From NCBI GenBank assembly GCA_022361035.1, contig JAKSBP010000285.1, forward strand, positions 607-64,606: 64,000 nt of DNA, given 5' to 3'. The number at the start of each line of letters is the position of its first letter. The stretch's first letter is position 1. The notes below the pieces were generated by a model, which did not search any database, was not told the origin of the DNA, and was given only the letters and a program-made list of their open reading frames with translations. The position numbers were made by a program, and so were the translations under genes. Below are positions 18,927 to 28,805 of the stretch, piece after piece. The stretch comes from Clostridia bacterium. GTDB lineage: Bacteria; Bacillota; Clostridia; Peptostreptococcales; Caminicellaceae.

Positions 18927-19160
18927 CTACTTAGTTTTTTCTTCAATATACTTTGCAATATCGCCTATGCTTTTAAAGCCTTCTGCATCCTCATCCGGAA
19001 TTTCAATACTAAATTGATCTTCAAGGGCCATAATTACTTCTACAGCATCAAGAGAATCGGCTTCTAAATCATGCATTAAAGAAGTCTGTGGAGTAATTTC
19101 TATATCCCCATCTAAATCTAATTGTTCTATTACAACCTTTACAACTTTATCAAATACCAT
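18927..19160 (-). CDS. acpP: Acyl carrier protein, copy 2 (fabG-proximal)
   Basis: Differs from copy 1 at 3 residues (K/E, N/H, D/S). Same SD and ATG arrangement. Confidence 0.93.
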   Translation of the reverse strand: MVFDKVVKVVIEQLDLDGDIEITPQTSLMHDLEADSLDAVEVIMALEDQFSIEIPDEDAEGFKSIGDIAKYIEEKTK

Positions 19161-19214
19161 GTTTAACACCTACCCTTTCATATTTTAACATAATTCTAAA
19201 AATAGTAAAGACTA

Positions 19215-19964
19215 TTACATAACCATGCCGCCATCAACATTTATAGTTTGACCTGTTATGTATTTTGATTCCTCAGAGCATAGAAAGAATACGGCATTTG
19301 CCACATCTTCTGAAGTCCCTAAGCTGCCTAGTGGTATACTTTTGCTATAACTTTCCACTAATTCATCCCCAAGCTTTTCAGTCATTTCAGTCTGAATAAA
19401 CCCAGGAGCAACTGCATTTACATTTATACCCCTTGAAGCAAGCTCCTTAGCAGTAGATTTTGTAAGCCCAATCACTCCCGCCTTTGAAGCTGAATAATTG
19501 GCTTGACCTGCATTTCCCATGATGCCTATAACTGATGCAATGTTTACTATCTTTCCACTTTTTTGCTTCATCATTTTTTTAGAAACTAATTTTGTACAAA
19601 GGAAGGTTCCCCTTAAATTTACATCCATGACCTTATCCCAATCTTCATCCTTCATTCTCATTAGTAATGTGTCCCTAGTAATTCCTGCATTGTTCACAAG
19701 GATATCTATACTTGTAAAGTAATCACTAACTTCTTTAACCAATTTGCTTACATCTTCTGAATTAGAAACATCAGCTTTAATAGCCAGGGCATCCCTACCC
19801 ATCTTTTTAATTTCTTCTACTACTAAATTAGCTCCCTCTTCTTCAGAGTCAATTGGATAGTTAATAACTACATTAGCTCCATTTTCAGCTAGCTTTAAAG
19901 CTATAGCCTTTCCTATCCCCCTTGAACTTCCAGTAACTATGGCAGTTTTATCTAATAAATTCAT
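19215..19964 (-). CDS. fabG: 3-oxoacyl-ACP reductase
   Basis: SDR motifs TGSSRGIG, NNAG and YSASKAG; position in the fab cluster. Confidence 0.95.
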   Translation of the reverse strand: MNLLDKTAIVTGSSRGIGKAIALKLAENGANVVINYPIDSEEEGANLVVEEIKKMGRDALAIKADVSNSEDVSKLVKEVSDYFTSIDILVNNAGITRDTLLMRMKDEDWDKVMDVNLRGTFLCTKLVSKKMMKQKSGKIVNIASVIGIMGNAGQANYSASKAGVIGLTKSTAKELASRGINVNAVAPGFIQTEMTEKLGDELVESYSKSIPLGSLGTSEDVANAVFFLCSEESKYITGQTINVDGGMVM

Positions 19965-19988
19965 TTGATTACCTCCAATATATAGTTT

Positions 19989-20921
19989 TTACTTTAAAGC
20001 TTTTAAAGTCTTCTCAAGTGAATCAATATCCCCAACATTTAACAATTTAACCTCACGAGAAATTTTCTTTATAAAGCAAGATAACGCCCTTCCAGGTCCT
20101 ACTTCTACAAAAGTATCTACTCCATCTTCAACCATTGTTCTCACAGAATCTTCCCAAAGTACAGAGCTACTTACCTGCCTAACTAAAAGCTCCTTTACTG
20201 AGGAATTTGAATCATAATATTTAGCTGTTACATTAGCAACTACTGGATATGAGAAGTCACTTAATGGGATTTTATCTAATTCAATCCCAAGTTTTTCCCC
20301 AGCACCCTTTAACATGCTAGAATGGAATGGAGCTGAGACATTAAGGACCATTGCCCTCTTAGCACCTAACTCTGTTCCAATCTCAACGGCTTTTTCAACG
20401 GCTTTAACCTCACCAGAAATAACTATCTGAGCTGGTGAATTAAAGTTAGCAGGTTCTACGATTCCAAATTCAGAAGCTCTTTCACAGGCCTCAATTACTT
20501 TTTCTCTATCAAGTCCAATAAATGCTGCCATTGTTCCTACACCAAGGGGTACCTCTTCCTGCATATATTTTCCTCTTACTTTAACAACCTTTACTGCATC
20601 TTCAAATGACATAACACCTGAGGCTACCAGGGCAGAAAACTCACCTAAGCTTAGGCCTGCAGCTATTTCTGGCTTTAATCCATGCTCCTTAAGTACTTCA
20701 AAGGCTGCTATACTTACAGTTAAAATTGCGGGCTGAGTATTTTCAGTTTTCTTTAGTTCCTCTTCTGGACCTTCAAAGCAAAGTTTTTTCATATCATAAC
20801 CTAGAGAATGGGATGCTTTTTCAAAAACATCATTTGCTACCTTAAATTTCTCTACAAGTTCTTTGCCCATTCCAACGTACTGTGCTCCCTGTCCTGGAAA
20901 AACAAAAGCAATTTTTTTCAT
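19989..20921 (-). CDS. fabD: Malonyl CoA-ACP transacylase
   Basis: FPGQGAQ and GLSLGE(F)SAL motifs. ATG at 20921, 5 nt after GGGGAGTGA. Confidence 0.95.
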   Translation of the reverse strand: MKKIAFVFPGQGAQYVGMGKELVEKFKVANDVFEKASHSLGYDMKKLCFEGPEEELKKTENTQPAILTVSIAAFEVLKEHGLKPEIAAGLSLGEFSALVASGVMSFEDAVKVVKVRGKYMQEEVPLGVGTMAAFIGLDREKVIEACERASEFGIVEPANFNSPAQIVISGEVKAVEKAVEIGTELGAKRAMVLNVSAPFHSSMLKGAGEKLGIELDKIPLSDFSYPVVANVTAKYYDSNSSVKELLVRQVSSSVLWEDSVRTMVEDGVDTFVEVGPGRALSCFIKKISREVKLLNVGDIDSLEKTLKALK

Positions 20922-21009
20922 TATATTCACTCCCCGTTAATTGATTAACCTATTAAAATATTATATATGCTCCTAAAAACCTAAAGATATCTAAAATTTA
21001 CTTTCACAA

Positions 21010-21966
21010 CTATTTTACACTATGCTTTAAGTAAAAACGACCAGCAGATTCATATGCTTCAAATGCTTCTTTAACAATCTCTTCAATGATTTTATCACAG
21101 CTTTTGATCTCCTTAACAAGGCCCGCTATCTGACCTGCCATAACTGAACCATTTTTTATATCGCCATCAACTACGGATAATCTTAATTTCCCTGCTCCTA
21201 ATTTTTCAAGTTCTTCTATCCCAGCTCCTGATTTTTCAAGTTTTTCAAATTCCTTTGAAAGCTTATTTTTAATTACCCTTACAGGATGTCCGGTACTTCT
21301 TCCAGTTACAACTGTATCCCTATCCTTTGCCTTTAAAACTGCCTGTTTATACCCATCATGTATGTTACATTCCTTTGAACATATAAATCGTGTCCCTATT
21401 TGGACACCCTCTGCACCTAAAGTGAAGGCTGCCGCCATTCCCCTTCCATCTGCAATGCCTCCAGCAGCAATTACTGGAATATTGACTTCATCTACTACTT
21501 GTGGTACTAGTACCATAGTCGTTAATTCACCTATGTGACCTCCAGCCTCTGTACCCTCTACGATAACAGCATCGACTCCTGCCTTTTCAACTCTTTTAGC
21601 CAAGGCTACTGAAGGTACCACTGGTAAAATCTTTGTCTTTATAGATTTTAACGCGTCTATATACTTTCCAGGATTGCCAGCTCCTGTTGTAACAACTGGA
21701 ACTTTTTCCTTCACTACTAAATCCATTATTTCATCTGCAAAGGGAGATAACAGCATAACATTAATACCATAGGGTTTATTAGTCAATTTCTTTATCTTTT
21801 CAATTTCTTTTTTAATAACATCTGCTGGAGCATTGCCCGCAGCAATAACCCCTAGGCCACCTGAGTTTGAAACCGCCGCAGCTAACTCTGCTGTGGATAT
21901 CCAGGCCATGCCTCCTTGAATAATTGGATATTCAATATCTAATAATTCGCATATTCTTGAATTCAT
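21010..21966 (-). CDS. fabK: Enoyl-ACP reductase FabK (NPD/FMN-dependent type)
   Basis: YPIIQGGMAW and EGTEAGGH motifs of the nitronate monooxygenase-like FabK family; fab cluster context. Start is probably the ATG at 21966. Confidence 0.88.
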   Translation of the reverse strand: MNSRICELLDIEYPIIQGGMAWISTAELAAAVSNSGGLGVIAAGNAPADVIKKEIEKIKKLTNKPYGINVMLLSPFADEIMDLVVKEKVPVVTTGAGNPGKYIDALKSIKTKILPVVPSVALAKRVEKAGVDAVIVEGTEAGGHIGELTTMVLVPQVVDEVNIPVIAAGGIADGRGMAAAFTLGAEGVQIGTRFICSKECNIHDGYKQAVLKAKDRDTVVTGRSTGHPVRVIKNKLSKEFEKLEKSGAGIEELEKLGAGKLRLSVVDGDIKNGSVMAGQIAGLVKEIKSCDKIIEEIVKEAFEAYESAGRFYLKHSVK

Positions 21967-21996
21967 TAAAAGCACACTCCCCAAATATACTATTTA

Positions 21997-22998
21997 TTAC
22001 CATTTAATTACACAAGAACCCCAGGTTAAACCTCCACCAAAGGCAACTAGAACTACATTATCGCCTTTTTTAATTTTACCATTCATAAGTGCTTCGTCTA
22101 GAGCCACCGGTACAGATGCGGCCGACATATTACCATATACATCGAGATTAACGTAGACTTTGTCCATATGTAATTTGAGACGCTTTGCAGCCGAGGTAAT
22201 GATTCTAGTATTAGCTTGATGGGGAACGAGGTAGTTTATATCATCTACACCTAAACCACACAGGTCAAGGGCCTTTTCTGCTGCCTCTGCCATTATTCTA
22301 ACTGCAAATTTAAATACTTCGTTTCCTTCCATATGTATATAATGAAGATCTTGCTCTATGCTTTGGATTGAAGCAGGATTTCTTGAACCTCCTCCTGGCA
22401 TACTTAAAAACTTTCCACCATTTCCATCAGCTCCTAAATAGGTAGACATAATTCCTCTTTCCTCTTCAGTTGGTCCAAGTACAACTGCACCTGCACCATC
22501 TCCAAATAAAATACAAGTGTTTCTGTCTTTCCAGTTCATAATTTTAGAAAGGGTCTCAGCACCAATTACAAGTACATAATTATATACACCTGTCCTTATA
22601 AATTGGTCAGCAATTGCCACACTATAAAGGAATCCTGAGCATGCAGCCTCCAAATCAAATGCTGCAGCATTCTTTGCTCCAAGGTTACTTTGAACAAGGC
22701 ATGCTGTTGAAGGGAATAACATATCTGGTGTAACAGTAGCAACTATAATTAAATCCAATTGTTCAGCCTTAATATTAGCTCTTTCTAAGGCTTGTTTCGC
22801 TGCTTCAGTGGATAAATCTGAAGTGGCAATATTTTCATCGGCTATTCGCCTCGAATGTATTCCAGTTCTTGAAACAATCCAATCATGGGATGTATCAACT
22901 ATTTTTTCTAAATCATAATTAGTCATGACTTTTTCTGGAAGGCTACTTCCAGTTCCTAAAATTCCACTTCTTCTTAAGTTACTCCTCAATATTATCAA
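21997..22998 (-). CDS. fabH: 3-oxoacyl-ACP synthase III
   Basis: GILGTGS.LPE, the active-site region ACSGF, and HQAN / GN.SAAS. Confidence 0.95.
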   Translation of the reverse strand: MIILRSNLRRSGILGTGSSLPEKVMTNYDLEKIVDTSHDWIVSRTGIHSRRIADENIATSDLSTEAAKQALERANIKAEQLDLIIVATVTPDMLFPSTACLVQSNLGAKNAAAFDLEAACSGFLYSVAIADQFIRTGVYNYVLVIGAETLSKIMNWKDRNTCILFGDGAGAVVLGPTEEERGIMSTYLGADGNGGKFLSMPGGGSRNPASIQSIEQDLHYIHMEGNEVFKFAVRIMAEAAEKALDLCGLGVDDINYLVPHQANTRIITSAAKRLKLHMDKVYVNLDVYGNMSAASVPVALDEALMNGKIKKGDNVVLVAFGGGLTWGSCVIKW

Positions 22999-23989
22999 CC
23001 CCTATTCTACTAATCTCTTGTTCTATCTTTTCGATTACGCCTTTCTTACTAAAAATTTCACCATATTTAATTGCATTTTTTATGGCTTTGGCATTTGAAC
23101 TTCCGTGGGCTTTAATAACTGGTCTTTTTACTCCTAATAGGGGTGCTCCACCATATTCTGTATAATCGAGCCTTGATTTAAACTCTTTGAGTCCACCCTT
23201 TAGGAGTAATGCTCCAATTTTACTCATAATATTTCTTGTAAAAACCCCTTTAAGCATTGAAGTCAAATTCATAGCCACACCCTCTGTTAGCTTAAGTATT
23301 ACATTACCAACAAAACCATCACAGACTATTACATCTACAATACCACTAGGAATATTTCTAGCTTCAATATTTCCATAAAAATTTATACTGGACTTTTTCA
23401 TTACCTCATAGGCTTCAGTGACAAGTTTATTACCTTTACCTTGCTCAGTACCAATATTAACTACTCCAACCTTTGGTGATGTTATATTTAAAACCATCTC
23501 TAAGTAAATTGACCCCATAATAGCAAATTCCTGTAAATTTCTAGGCTTACAGTTGGTATTAGCACCTGCATCTATTAATATGGAGAATCCTTTTTGAGTT
23601 GGATATATTGGAGCAAGGGCTGGTCTATCAATACCCTTTATTCTTCCAATCTTTAACAAACTCCCCGTCAGTAAAGCTCCAGTATTTCCAGCTGATACAA
23701 AAGAATCAACCTGATTTTCCTTTAATAAATCAAAACCAAGGACCATCGATGAATTCTTTTTTTTACGAATGGCTTGTACTGGTCTATCTTCATTGTTCAC
23801 TACTTCCTTGGCATCAAGAATCTCGATTCTCTTAAAATCAACTTTTTTATTATCTAATTCATTTTTTATTAACTCTTCTTTTCCAATAAGAACAATCTGT
23901 GAATTAATTTCTTTTAAAGCTAAAAGGCTACCTGCAATTATGGCTTTTGGTGAGTTATCCCCCCCCATTGCATCTATTGCAATTTTCAT
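22979..23989 (-). CDS. plsX: Phosphate acyltransferase PlsX
   Basis: MKIAIDAMGGD N-terminus and GFVGN motif. Confidence 0.96.
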   Translation of the reverse strand: MKIAIDAMGGDNSPKAIIAGSLLALKEINSQIVLIGKEELIKNELDNKKVDFKRIEILDAKEVVNNEDRPVQAIRKKKNSSMVLGFDLLKENQVDSFVSAGNTGALLTGSLLKIGRIKGIDRPALAPIYPTQKGFSILIDAGANTNCKPRNLQEFAIMGSIYLEMVLNITSPKVGVVNIGTEQGKGNKLVTEAYEVMKKSSINFYGNIEARNIPSGIVDVIVCDGFVGNVILKLTEGVAMNLTSMLKGVFTRNIMSKIGALLLKGGLKEFKSRLDYTEYGGAPLLGVKRPVIKAHGSSNAKAIKNAIKYGEIFSKKGVIEKIEQEISRIGVDNIEE

Positions 23990-24041
23990 ATTATTAAACC
24001 CCCTGTAAGTAGGCGTCTATCGACACATTGAAATTTAAAAA

Positions 24042-24608
24042 TTATATGGCTACAAGAATAAATTTTCCTCTAAAAACCTGTTCATCCTTCACACATATTT
24101 TAACATGAACAAAATAACTGTTTGCCCTTATTCTTGTAACTTCGGCCTTAGCTATAAGCTTTTGACCTGATAGCACAGGTATCCTATACTTTATATTAGC
24201 AACACCTGTTAAAGCTACATTAGTATCAATTACAGCCATTGCCAATGACTCTGCCATAGCAAATATGTAATGTCCTCTAACTATCTTTGTTTTTTTAAAT
24301 ACCATACTTAAATTAGTTTCTAAAATAGAAATCGCCCTTTTATTTAATTCTAAATCTATGAGCTCACCAACTATTTCTGTTTCACCTATAGTTTTCACTT
24401 TTTTATAATTTGATTTTGCAACATTTCTTACTCTTTCTCTTAACTCTGGAATATTAAGAGACAATCGATCTAACCTTATTGTTTGTATACTAACATTAAA
24501 AAGCTCACTTAATTCTTCGTCTGTTATAAAAGGATTTTCTTTAATTTCATCTTTTAACCTTTCTTGCCTATCCTGCTTACTTAATTTTTTTAAAGGCACA
24601 GCTACCAC
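24042..24608 (-). CDS. fapR: Fatty acid/phospholipid synthesis repressor FapR
   Basis: N-terminal HTH (ITDEEL...F.VS.QTIRLDR) plus a hot-dog thioesterase-like C-terminus. Heads the plsX-fab operon, and its own operator lies upstream. The real start may be the GTG at 24599. Confidence 0.92.
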   Translation of the reverse strand: MVAVPLKKLSKQDRQERLKDEIKENPFITDEELSELFNVSIQTIRLDRLSLNIPELRERVRNVAKSNYKKVKTIGETEIVGELIDLELNKRAISILETNLSMVFKKTKIVRGHYIFAMAESLAMAVIDTNVALTGVANIKYRIPVLSGQKLIAKAEVTRIRANSYFVHVKICVKDEQVFRGKFILVAI

Positions 24609-24647
24609 CTCTTTAGTAATTAAAATTAGATTTACCTTTTAACAACT

Positions 24648-24664
24648 TTTAGTACCTGATGCTA
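24648..24664. promoter_or_regulatory. Candidate FapR operator
   Basis: ttagtacctgatgctaa is an inverted repeat (TTAGYA-N5-TRCTAA) like the B. subtilis FapR 17-bp operator as I recall it. It lies 5 nt downstream of the -10 of the fapR promoter. Confidence 0.7.
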
Positions 24665-24669
24665 ATAAT

Positions 24670-24698
24670 TAGTATAAATGATTACTGCCTTTATTGCA
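24670..24698 (-). promoter_or_regulatory. Sigma-A-type promoter of the fapR-plsX-fab operon
   Basis: Minus strand reads TTGCAA (24698..24693), a 17-nt spacer, then TATACT (24675..24670). Confidence 0.65.
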
Positions 24699-24753
24699 AG
24701 GCTTTTTTGCAAGGCATTCAATAAAAAAATCTTAATTTTTTATAAACGAAAAA

Positions 24754-24885
24754 TAGTAATGACCTTATAAATAAACAACTTTGAGGGTTAATAAATGTCC
24801 AAGAAAAAAATGTATTATTTTCCATTATTTTCTTAAAAATTTATTTTAAACTTTATCATTGTTTATCTATACAATATCATTACTA
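24754..24885 (+). repeat. Family-C AT-rich hairpin repeat, copy 1
   Basis: Arms are tagtaatga..ttataaataaacaacttt / aaactttatcattgtttatcta..tcattacta. The centre, aagaaaaaaatgta..cattattttctt, is shared with copy 3. Confidence 0.65.
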
Positions 24886-24918
24886 TTTTAAAACTAATTA
24901 ATATACTTTTTTGTAATA

Positions 24919-25098
24919 CTAGTCAACTTTAATGACTTCTTTGTCTTTATAATAACCACATGAACCACATACTCTATGGGACACATTTGGTTCGTGACAC
25001 TGAGGACACTTTACAATATTAGGAGCTGTCATCTTTATGTTAGAAGCTCTTCTTTTATCTCTTCTTGCCTTGGATGTTTTACGCTTAGGTACTGCCAT
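24919..25098 (-). CDS. rpmF: 50S ribosomal protein L32 (59 aa, not in the ORF track)
   Basis: My translation is MAVPKRKTSKARRDKRRASNIKMTAPNIVKCPQCHEPNVSHRVCGSCGYYKDKEVIKVD. AGGAGGTG lies 6 nt upstream, and the gene sits directly downstream of yceD as in other Firmicutes. Confidence 0.95.
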   Translation of the reverse strand: MAVPKRKTSKARRDKRRASNIKMTAPNIVKCPQCHEPNVSHRVCGSCGYYKDKEVIKVD

Positions 25099-25100
25099 AA

Positions 25101-25610
25101 CTACACCTCCTCATTCTTACTAAAAAAATCCTTCAATTTCTCAAATCTAGGGTCAATTATGTCTTCATCACAGTTACATTTATCTATGTTAAGGTTTTGC
25201 CCACAATTGAAACATAAGCCTTTACACTCTTCACTGCAAAGAATCTTCATTGGTAAAGAAAAAGCTAAGGCTTCTTCTAAAATAACTGATAAATTTAAAT
25301 CTTCACCCTTAAGATAAGTATCATCTTTGTTCTCATCTTCATCCACTGAAATATCAAATTCTATATCATCAAAAACATCTTTCCTAAACTCCTTTAAGCA
25401 TCTACTGCATCTAAAACTTGCTTCTCCAGAAAAATTACCATCTATAAATAGATTTTCTTCTTCTTTATAGATTTTTCCTGAAAAATTTATAGGGCTTACC
25501 TCAATGATGTTATGATCTCGTAAGAGGTCAGAATTACTTAAATCATAATCAAAATTGATATTAATGGATTCAGTTTTTTCAAAAATAAGCTTTGAAATAT
25601 TAATATTCAT
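25101..25610 (-). CDS. yceD: YceD/DUF177 family protein
   Basis: CSRCL...........D..........C.EECKGLC..CG.NLN...C.C pattern. ATG at 25610 after GGGGTGA. Confidence 0.9.
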   Translation of the reverse strand: MNINISKLIFEKTESININFDYDLSNSDLLRDHNIIEVSPINFSGKIYKEEENLFIDGNFSGEASFRCSRCLKEFRKDVFDDIEFDISVDEDENKDDTYLKGEDLNLSVILEEALAFSLPMKILCSEECKGLCFNCGQNLNIDKCNCDEDIIDPRFEKLKDFFSKNEEV

Positions 25611-25763
25611 CAGTTCACCCCATAACACGGACAGATTTATTATACAAACCCATAAGATATTTGTCAAGTAAAACTACTTGATAATGTAAAATTATTTTAT
25701 ATTATTTACTACATCTATCATAGATAAACTATTGTGAGGTCTGACATTTATTTAAAAACTATC

Positions 25764-26954
25764 CTATAGAAGTTCAACAGTATCTTTAGCAATCATTAAT
25801 TCTTCATTCGTAGGAATAACTAAAACTTTAACTTTTGAATCATCGGTACTCACAATAGTTTCCTTACCCCTTATGTTATTCTTTTCTCTATCCAGCTTAA
25901 CACCCATGAATTCAAGTCCTTCACAGATTTTTTCTCTATTTACTGGTGAATTTTCGCCAAGTCCAGCAGTAAATACAATTGCATCTACGCCGCCCATCAC
26001 TGCAGCATATGCAGCTATATATTTTTTAACTCTCATATCGAATTTATCTAATGCAAGCTTTGCCCTTTCATTTCCCTCGTCGGCAGCTTGCTCAATATCT
26101 CTAAAATCGCTACTAACACCAGAAATTCCAAATACTCCAGATTTTTTATTTAAAAGGTTATTTATTCCTTTAATATCTAAATCTTCTTTTTCCATAATAA
26201 ATGTTACTATAGCTGGGTCAATATCCCCACATCTTGTACCCATGGCTAAACCTTCTAAGGGAGTAAAGCCCATACTCGTATCTATAGATTTACCATCCTT
26301 TATAGCAGCTAAGCTTGCTCCGTTACCTAAATGACAAGTAACAATTTTAAGCTCACTTATATCTTTCCCAAGGAGTTTTGCAGTTCTAGCAGACACATAT
26401 CTATGACTTGTTCCATGGAAGCCATATTTTCTTATTCCGTATTTTTCATATAATTCATATGGTAATGGATAAATATATGAAAAACTTGGCATTGTTTGGT
26501 GGAATGCAGTATCAAAAACTCCTACCATTGGTACTCCTGGTATTAACTCTTGACAAGCTCTAATGCCAATAAGGTTTGGGGGATTATGCAAAGGTGCTAA
26601 TTCAATACATTCTTCAAGAGCTGCTATTACTTCATCGTCAATAACTACAGAACCACTGAATTTTTCCCCACCGTGTACGACTCTATGGCCAACGGCATTA
26701 ATCTCATTAAGCTCTTTAATAGCACCATGTTTTTCATCTACAAGGGCATCTAATACAATCTTAAGAGCATCTTTATGATCCTTCATCGGTTCCTCTATTA
26801 CTATCTTGTCCATATTTGAAACCTCATGCTTTACCCTAGAGCCTTCGATACCGATTCTTTCTGCTAAACCTATGGCTAAAACCTTTTCCTTGACCATATC
26901 AATTAATTGATATTTTAATGAAGAACTACCACAATTAATAACTAATACATTCAT
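25764..26954 (-). CDS. ackA: Acetate kinase
   Basis: [27 protein letters not shown] and HLGNGAS motifs. Confidence 0.97.
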   Translation of the reverse strand: MNVLVINCGSSSLKYQLIDMVKEKVLAIGLAERIGIEGSRVKHEVSNMDKIVIEEPMKDHKDALKIVLDALVDEKHGAIKELNEINAVGHRVVHGGEKFSGSVVIDDEVIAALEECIELAPLHNPPNLIGIRACQELIPGVPMVGVFDTAFHQTMPSFSYIYPLPYELYEKYGIRKYGFHGTSHRYVSARTAKLLGKDISELKIVTCHLGNGASLAAIKDGKSIDTSMGFTPLEGLAMGTRCGDIDPAIVTFIMEKEDLDIKGINNLLNKKSGVFGISGVSSDFRDIEQAADEGNERAKLALDKFDMRVKKYIAAYAAVMGGVDAIVFTAGLGENSPVNREKICEGLEFMGVKLDREKNNIRGKETIVSTDDSKVKVLVIPTNEELMIAKDTVELL

Positions 26955-27259
26955 TTAAAACCCTCCTCGGAATAATTTAGAATTTTGTCTACTAGGCAAA
27001 TATGTGATAATTATTTATGAATAGTAAAAACCCCTTTTGTCTCTGAGAAATGAACTATAATAAAATAATTAATACATATTTTGCATATCAGTGTATAAGT
27101 AACAAGCTGATATTAATATTTTAACTCTTTTCCATACAAAAATATGTATAAATCCATGGACTCATTGTAGGAATTGAATTATAAAATTTTCCTAATCATA
27201 ATAATTATAAAATAACCAAGAAATTTTTCAAGCTAAAATCGTGTTTTTTTTTATTTTTA

Positions 27260-27287
27260 TTGATTTTTTTGATAATACTGTTAAAAT
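27260..27287 (+). promoter_or_regulatory. Candidate tmcAL promoter
   Basis: TTGATT, a 16-nt spacer, then TGT-TAAAAT (extended -10). This would place family-C copy 2 in the 5' UTR. Confidence 0.4.
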
Positions 27288-27298
27288 GAACTGTACTT

Positions 27299-27406
27299 AA
27301 GAATAATCAACTAACTATAGGATATAATGAATGCTTCTACTTTTTTATTTTAAATTTATTAGACCTTAAAGTTGTTTATCTTTATAATATAAATTGTATA
27401 AAGAAT
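27299..27406 (-). repeat. Family-C repeat, copy 2 (opposite orientation, one arm degenerate)
   Basis: aatgaatgcttctac-ttttttattttaaatttatt..ccttaaagttgtttatctttata aligns to the reverse complement of copy 3. Confidence 0.6.
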
Positions 27407-27433
27407 ATGAAAATACTTACCCTAGGAGGGCAT

Positions 27434-28675
27434 ATGAAGGTAGTAGGATTGATTACAGAATATAACCCATTCCATAACGGGCACAAATTTCATCTAGAAA
27501 AATCAAAGAAATTGTCTGGAGCTAGCCATACCATAGCTGTAATGAGTGGTAATTTCCTACAACGGGGAGAACCAGCCCTATTAGATAAATGGGAGAGGGC
27601 AAAAATTGCTATTAAGGAAGGTGTTGACTTAGTTATTGAGTTACCAATAGTCTTTTCCTGCAATAGCGCAGAATTTTTTGCCTATGGCAGTCTTAGGCTT
27701 CTTAATTCCTTGAATATAGTTGATTATATTTGTTTTGGAAGTGAGCATGGTAAAATAAAAGAGCTTGATATAGTCTCAGAAATATTAACAAATGAACCCC
27801 TGGAGTTTAAAAACTCTTTAAAGGCATGGCTTGATAAGGGTTTTACCTTCCCCATTGCCAGACAGAGGGCCTTAAATGAATATTTAGATAAGGATTTTGC
27901 AGATACTAGAATTTTGAATTCTCCAAATAATATTTTAGCAGTGGAATATTTAAAGGCTTTAAAGCTTTTAAAAAGCAGAATAAGTCCCCTTACCTTTAAA
28001 AGATTTAAGGCGGATTATAATTCTACGGAAATTAAAGGCGAAATCTGCAGTGCAACTGCCATAAGAAATTTACTTATGAAGGATTGGAAAGATTTAAATA
28101 TTTTAAAAACTGTAGTACCTCGTAATAGCTATGAAATCATTAAAAACGCCATAGAAGAAGGTAAAGGACCTGTTTTTGCTAAAGACCTAGAACAGATTAT
28201 TTTTTATAAGCTTCGCTCTATACCAATAAATGATTTAAAAAATATCCATGATATAAATGAGGGTCTAGAAAACAGATTAAAGCGAGGGTCTATGATTTCC
28301 ACAACTTACAGTGACCTTATTGAGTTTTTAAAAACAAAGAGATATACTCGAACTAGGCTACAGAGAATTATTATAAAGACAATTATTGGAATAACAAAGG
28401 GTGACATTGCAGCTTCATTAAAAAAGAAGGAGCCTGAATATATAAGAGTTCTAGGCTTTACAGATAAGGGAGCCGATTTATTAAAAAGAATTAAAAATTC
28501 AACCTCAATTCCCATCATAACAAACTTGAAAAGGTATACTCCCCAAGGAGAACTTGGGAAAAGAATGGTAGAGCTAGACACTATGGGAACAGATATATAT
28601 GCACTTTTATATAAAAATTCAAATTTGGCTACAGGCGGATTAGACTATATTAAAGGCCCTTTTATTAAAAAATAA
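27434..28675 (+). CDS. tmcAL: tRNA(Met) cytidine acetate ligase (YlbM/TmcAL, UPF0348)
   Basis: GLITEYNPFHNGH (HxGH nucleotidyltransferase) and NNILA.EYLKAL. ATG at 27434 after AGGAGGG. Confidence 0.88.
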   Translation: MKVVGLITEYNPFHNGHKFHLEKSKKLSGASHTIAVMSGNFLQRGEPALLDKWERAKIAIKEGVDLVIELPIVFSCNSAEFFAYGSLRLLNSLNIVDYICFGSEHGKIKELDIVSEILTNEPLEFKNSLKAWLDKGFTFPIARQRALNEYLDKDFADTRILNSPNNILAVEYLKALKLLKSRISPLTFKRFKADYNSTEIKGEICSATAIRNLLMKDWKDLNILKTVVPRNSYEIIKNAIEEGKGPVFAKDLEQIIFYKLRSIPINDLKNIHDINEGLENRLKRGSMISTTYSDLIEFLKTKRYTRTRLQRIIIKTIIGITKGDIAASLKKKEPEYIRVLGFTDKGADLLKRIKNSTSIPIITNLKRYTPQGELGKRMVELDTMGTDIYALLYKNSNLATGGLDYIKGPFIKK

Positions 28676-28805
28676 AGCCATCGAACCACAGCCTTTTAGA
28701 ATCCTAGGACTTAAACTTAATCGGGGGAAAATTCATGGCTAAAAAGTAATAAATTCTAATTCTCTAAATATATATAAATATATATTATTTAGGGAGGAAG
28801 CGGTA

